From Mobula hypostoma (Eukaryota): a stretch of 64,000 nt of DNA. The translations under genes and the position numbers were made by a program. Location of the stretch: positions 26,040,001 to 26,104,000 of the forward strand of contig NC_086105.1 of the NCBI RefSeq assembly GCF_963921235.1, written 5' to 3'. Shown one piece after another: positions 59,284-64,000 of this stretch. Within the stretch, counting starts at the first letter, position 1, and every line of letters starts with the position of its first letter. The notes beneath the pieces are model-generated. The model saw nothing but the letters and a program-made list of their open reading frames with translations. It did not search any database and was not told where the DNA came from.

Positions 59284-60887
59284 GTGAGTTTAATTTATTA
59301 TTTTGTCCATTGTAAAATGATTAAGAAAACTTTTCTCTGCATTTCTTGTATTCTTGCAGATGGAACATAAGTGGAGATTACTCTTGAATTCTTACTCAGC
59401 AGTTGTTATTTCACACTGATTTTATGTGATACCTTCAAGTCAGACATTTCATTGAGATCTTACAGGTTGATTATTAATCTTTCCATTCTGTGACATGAGC
59501 TGTATTGATTTGATAACAATTTGTTCACAGTGAGATAGTGCAACTTATCCACAACTCAAATGAAGAAGCAGGTAATTGAGGGAATGCTGGAGAGGTGTCA
59601 GTAGCACAAAAAAATGGAGAGGGAGATGGCGTATATCAGGGAGTGAGTAGGTGATTTCTTCAGGAGGTGATATTGAGAGGGAAGGTAATAAAAAAAGAAA
59701 ATAATATTGAAGCTAGTAGACAGAAGAGGACAGCACCAAAGGGAGAAACACTAATCCTATATCTTCCTCAGAACCACAAACCAGTACCTAGACATTTTTC
59801 TGTCTCCCAACCATTTAAGAAAAATAACCAAAGGAAATAACGGATGAGTGGAAATAGAATTAATGAAGTAGGTGAAAATTCAAAAAAAGGAGAAACAAGT
59901 ACAGTTTCAATAGAGACAGTGAGAGATGCAACCATCCAGTATAACAAGGTACATTTTGTTGGGTTTTAGTAAATTTCCAAGATGCGTTGAAGCAAAAATC
60001 AAAAAAGAATCCAGTTATGAGGAGATGTAAGAGGGTTGAATAAAAGCTTGGTGAAAGAGGTGAGTGTTGAAGATAGTAAAAACGAAACAAAATGGTGTGG
60101 GGTCGAGAAGAAATATTCCAGAATTTGAGGACTGTATGTATGCATGGAGGCAAATGAGGGGAGAAATACATGAGTATAACAATTACAGTAAATTGCATTA
60201 CTAAACTGCCACATTATGTATGTAGCTGAAGTGATGTCAATACACTACACTTGACTAACGTATTTACAGGGCAATTCATCTTCTATATGATTTTTAAGCT
60301 TTTTTTTGTCTTTTGTGGCACAGTTGAATGTGCTGGAGCCTGAACCTGTAACTATAGAGATGTAAACAATAGTATTCATGGTTAATTTACAAATTCATTC
60401 CACTGTGGTTTAGTTGCAGCAAGATGATTTCCTGACATCACTGAGGAAGTGCAGAAATATGTATTCCACAATGGTCTCAAAACAGAAAGTAGTTGAGATG
60501 CCAGCAGATACAGTCATGCCCAAGCTCAGGACTTGCATATTCGTGAAAACCTTATCAAGAAGTTCTTTACTTTAAAACAGTTACTGAAGTAAAGGCTGCA
60601 GTTTCTCATGAAATAACAAGCTTTGTAGCTGAAATTTGTGACAACTATACCAACTGAGTGCACAAAGCTGTCAAATTCATGAGGGATAAGTAGCTGCCCA
60701 AAATAACAAACAACAATTTAGGTATGACTTCATCTCTGCAGTGACAGATAGAGGGGTTGACTGCTAGATAACAGCTTTATATGGAAGTTTCATCTTGTAC
60801 GTTTCAGCTGGTCAGAGCAATCTGAAACTCATCACCATCCCAGACCCTACTGTTCACAATTGGTAGAAGATAATGGGAATCCTAATG

Positions 60888-61710
60888 CAGTGGATTCTAG
60901 TTGATTGGAACACATCGGGACCCAGTACATTTTGGCCCAATTAAGTGACTGCTCCAATTAGCCAAGGTTACATGAAAATAGTTAAAACTTATTTTAAAGA
61001 AAGACAAATTACCATTTAACTAACAAATTATATATTTAAATGAAATATAGAACAAACTGGAACACTAACAATACTACTACAGTACTATAAAACAGTAGTA
61101 CTTAATAGCGTCAGGGGAATTAATTCAGTGTACACTGCCGTGTTCTTTTGATTGACTGTAAATGAACAAAATCACTGTAGATGCCTAGTGCAGATAATGG
61201 ACTGCCTCATACAATACTTTCAATGATTGTATCCTCCAAATCTCCATTTTCATTGTAACATTCAAGATGATTGGTGAAACCTTCAAATTCTTAGTAGTTC
61301 CTAATCTGAAATAGTGAAATCGTTTAATTTTTCACTCCTGGCCATTTCTGGCATCTCCAAGTCTGAATGCTTGAAGCTGCAGTGAGCAAAACAGTTCTAA
61401 GTTGTCTTACTGCTTATTTCTTGCCAACTATCACTGACAAAAGTAACTGCTTTTTGAACACAAACACATGCAACTAATACTATTTAAAAATTGTTTGGTC
61501 TAAGCACGGTTAGTATTTAACGGCCACATGTTCCCACAATTGATGCTAGTTAGAAACTTTAACAACAGTCTCCTGTCCCAATTAAGTGGCATAGTGTCCC
61601 AAATAAATGAAGGGAATCCTGGCTATTTTCTTGTAGAGTTTGTTCCTTGAGTTGTCACAAGTAAGTGGCCACCCTAATTAACCGCTGACCCAATTAACCG
61701 GAATTCACTG
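60888..61710. mobile_element. Tigger/pogo-type MITE with both termini, ending 61 bp upstream of ERGIC2 exon 11
   Basis: TIRs CAGTGGATTCTAGTTGATTGG and (reverse complement) CAGTGAATTCCGGTTAATTGG; TA on the right, TG on the left; subterminal CCCAATTAA repeats. Confidence 0.8.
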
Positions 61711-61771
61711 TACTTATCTGCGCTCTGGATTGCTTTTTTGAAATTTCAAATGCATGTATTTTGTATTTTAG

Positions 61772-61869
61772 ATAATCAGATGTTTCAATACTTCATCACA
61801 ATTGTGCCAACGAAACTGAATACTTACAAATTCTCAGCAGAAACCCATCAGTATTCAGTCACAGAGAGG
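61772..61869 (+). CDS. ERGIC2: ERGIC2 exon 11 (gene continues beyond the window)
   Basis: HNQMFQYFITIVPTKLNTYKFSAETHQYSVTER; ttttag| ... |gtaagc. No stop codon reached. Confidence 0.97.
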
Positions 61870-62074
61870 GTAAGCTATTTTCTGAAGTTTGGTTTTATTT
61901 CATCACTCAGTTGAGCAAGTTAACAATCTTATCTGTTTCAGTTCTTTCTTCTGTTTATTCCCTTTTCTGGTGTACATTCATTTTTTTAAATATTCTTGTC
62001 AGTTGCTTGACCAGTTGCACAGGAAGCATATGCTAAGGAAGTACTTCGATGTAGTTTCAAAATATCTGAACATT

Positions 62075-63320
62075 GAGCAGCACAGCACAGGTGTAGATGC
62101 CATGATGGACGCTATTAAATTAAACTAAATCTCTACTCCTCCACTTTCTTCCAGTGCCCTCATATTCAGGTATCTATCTAAAAACTGCTTAAATGGCACT
62201 ATGGTATCCGCCTCCACTACTGACCCTGGAAGCCTGCTCCAGGCACCCACCACCGTACTTTTAAAAAATAATAAAATGTTCTCTCTTCCCCCACCCCCCC
62301 CCCCACCAGCTCACCTTATCTGTCCTCCAATATTTGACATTTTTACTATGGGGGAGGGGAGAGAAGATTCTGAATGTCTATGCCATCAACATTTCATAAT
62401 TTTATAATCTTCTATCAGGTTTCCCCTCAGCATCCAATTCCAACACTCGAGAGAAAACAGTCCAAATTTGTCTAACTTCTTGTAGCTACATGCTCTTTAA
62501 TTCAAGGAGCAACCTGGTAAACTTTTGTATCTTTTCCAAAGCTTCCACATCCTTCCTGTAATGAGGAACCAGAAATGCACACACAAATGCAGAGCTTTAT
62601 GTAGCTGTAATGTGACTTCCTGACTCGTAGACTAGTTGCTATGACCTACGAAGGCAATTATGCCATATATCTTCGTGACTATGCTATTCACTTGCATGAC
62701 CACTTTCAAGGAACTATGGACTTGTTTACTTTCCTCTTAGATTTGACCTCGCCTCAACTCTCTCTACCATTTCCTTTGGCCCTGTGAGTCCATGCCCACC
62801 CCATTAGTCTGAATTTTCTGCATTCAGCCCTCATCCCTTTAAGCCTCTCTCCACCATCTACCTATCCAAGTACTTAAACGACATTATTGTGCCTGCCTCA
62901 CCACTTCTAGCAACTCATTCCATATACCCACCACTTGCATGAATGTTATCCCCCAGGTCCCTTTTTAAATCTTCTCCTTTCACCCTGAATCTATGGCCCT
63001 TAGTTTTGGACTCCTGGAACAGACAGTTACCATTCACCTTACCTATGCTTTTCATAATTTATAAACATTTCTTTAAGGTCACATCTCTTTCTCCCATGTT
63101 CCAAGGAATAAGGCCTGGTCAAAGCTGGGTCAACCTCTCTTTATAACTTATGGTTTCATGTCCTGGCAACACCTTGTAAATATTTTCTGCATTCTTTCCT
63201 GTTTAACCACAATTTCCTAATCTATAGGCAATTTCTCTACACATCTCCTGAAGCTTCCATTGACTATTTTTGGAGGGGGCATCTATAATATAGTGACCCT
63301 CCCATTGTTCCTAAGTTCTA
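62075..63320 (-). mobile_element. Two stacked degenerate CR1 3' fragments
   Basis: Similarity to the other - strand CR1 ends in the window (e.g. 30735-31400). Confidence 0.65.
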
Positions 63321-64000
63321 CCCATACTACTTCACTGAATAAACCTTGAGAAAATCATCTCTGCAGAGCTGCACGTCCCCACTTACTTGCATGTGTCATG
63401 CCAATGGCATTTGGACCTCAGAGATGCCAGCTCTGTCCTTGCCTCGGCCGTGTTTTGTTAATGGTCTAATGTCACAGTCCTCAGAGGTCAATCCATATTC
63501 TGAGGTTGTCTGCTTTTCTTGTTAAAACCTTGAGCATTGAAATAAAACCAGTTTAACAGAATATTCCTTTCCTTGCTTTGACTATTTCCGTGGCTATCCT
63601 GATGACAAGACTTGCTCTAACTGCTGCTGCTTTATCTCATGATATGCTCTTGCTTAGAATTACCACTTCCCTGTGCCAATTTACATACATCACCTCTTTT
63701 AAAATAAACTCTCCAGGTCTGTAAATCATGACCTGCCCTGCCATGTTGACTGTCCCTCATCAGGCCGTGCCTTTCCACGTGTACAAAAATACTAGCCCTA
63801 TTCTCAAAAAATCCTCTCCAATAACTTCACTATCACTAAATATTTCCTAGATTATCCAAATCTCCCTTCTAGAACAGAAGAACAAAGTTGGCCTGTTACT
63901 AGCGATGATGCAGGAGTCCCCTTTTAAAAAAAACTAAAATATATCCCATCATGCCTCTGGAACTTGTCTGAAAACTCTTCAAAAGACCCAGCACCAGCAT

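Noticed and set aside
59560-60240. Purine-rich block with a hydrophobic antisense ORF (59860-60198)
   Set aside because: Compositional artefact; no motif recognised, possibly a very decayed repeat.

Overview
Eukaryotic, AT-rich vertebrate genomic DNA. The repeat content (CR1 and Rex1/Babar-type LINEs, V-SINE, Deu-SINE, Penelope fragments) suggests a cartilaginous fish, probably a ray; this taxon call is inference. There are two intron-containing + strand genes. (1) A complete 3-exon THAP5-type gene (309-7686, 275 aa) with a C2CH THAP domain, an EHSY HCF-1-binding motif and a coiled coil. Its CpG promoter also appears to drive a divergent - strand gene whose first-exon donor is at 108/107, possibly DNAJB9. 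(2) ERGIC2, with a CpG promoter and non-coding exon 1 near 25.3-25.7 kb and coding exons 2-11 (36956-61869); the last exons lie beyond the window. Much of the rest is decayed, often nested, transposable elements, and most entries in the ORF track are TE fragments or noise. Points of most interest: an internally deleted epsilon/gamma-like endogenous retrovirus (Ser-tRNA PBS, LTR, RT-connection, RNase H) antisense and adjacent to the THAP5 3' end; a young ~185-nt Penelope-derived element carrying a minimal hammerhead ribozyme, in TSD-flanked copies; a hAT (Buster/Charlie-type) element with both termini and TSD intact; and a Tigger4/MER46-like MITE. An assembly gap lies at 45628-45835. I found no prokaryotic systems and nothing I can support as a wholly new biological system. 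Repeat boundaries without stated TSDs are approximate, and family names come from recalled motifs, not database searches.
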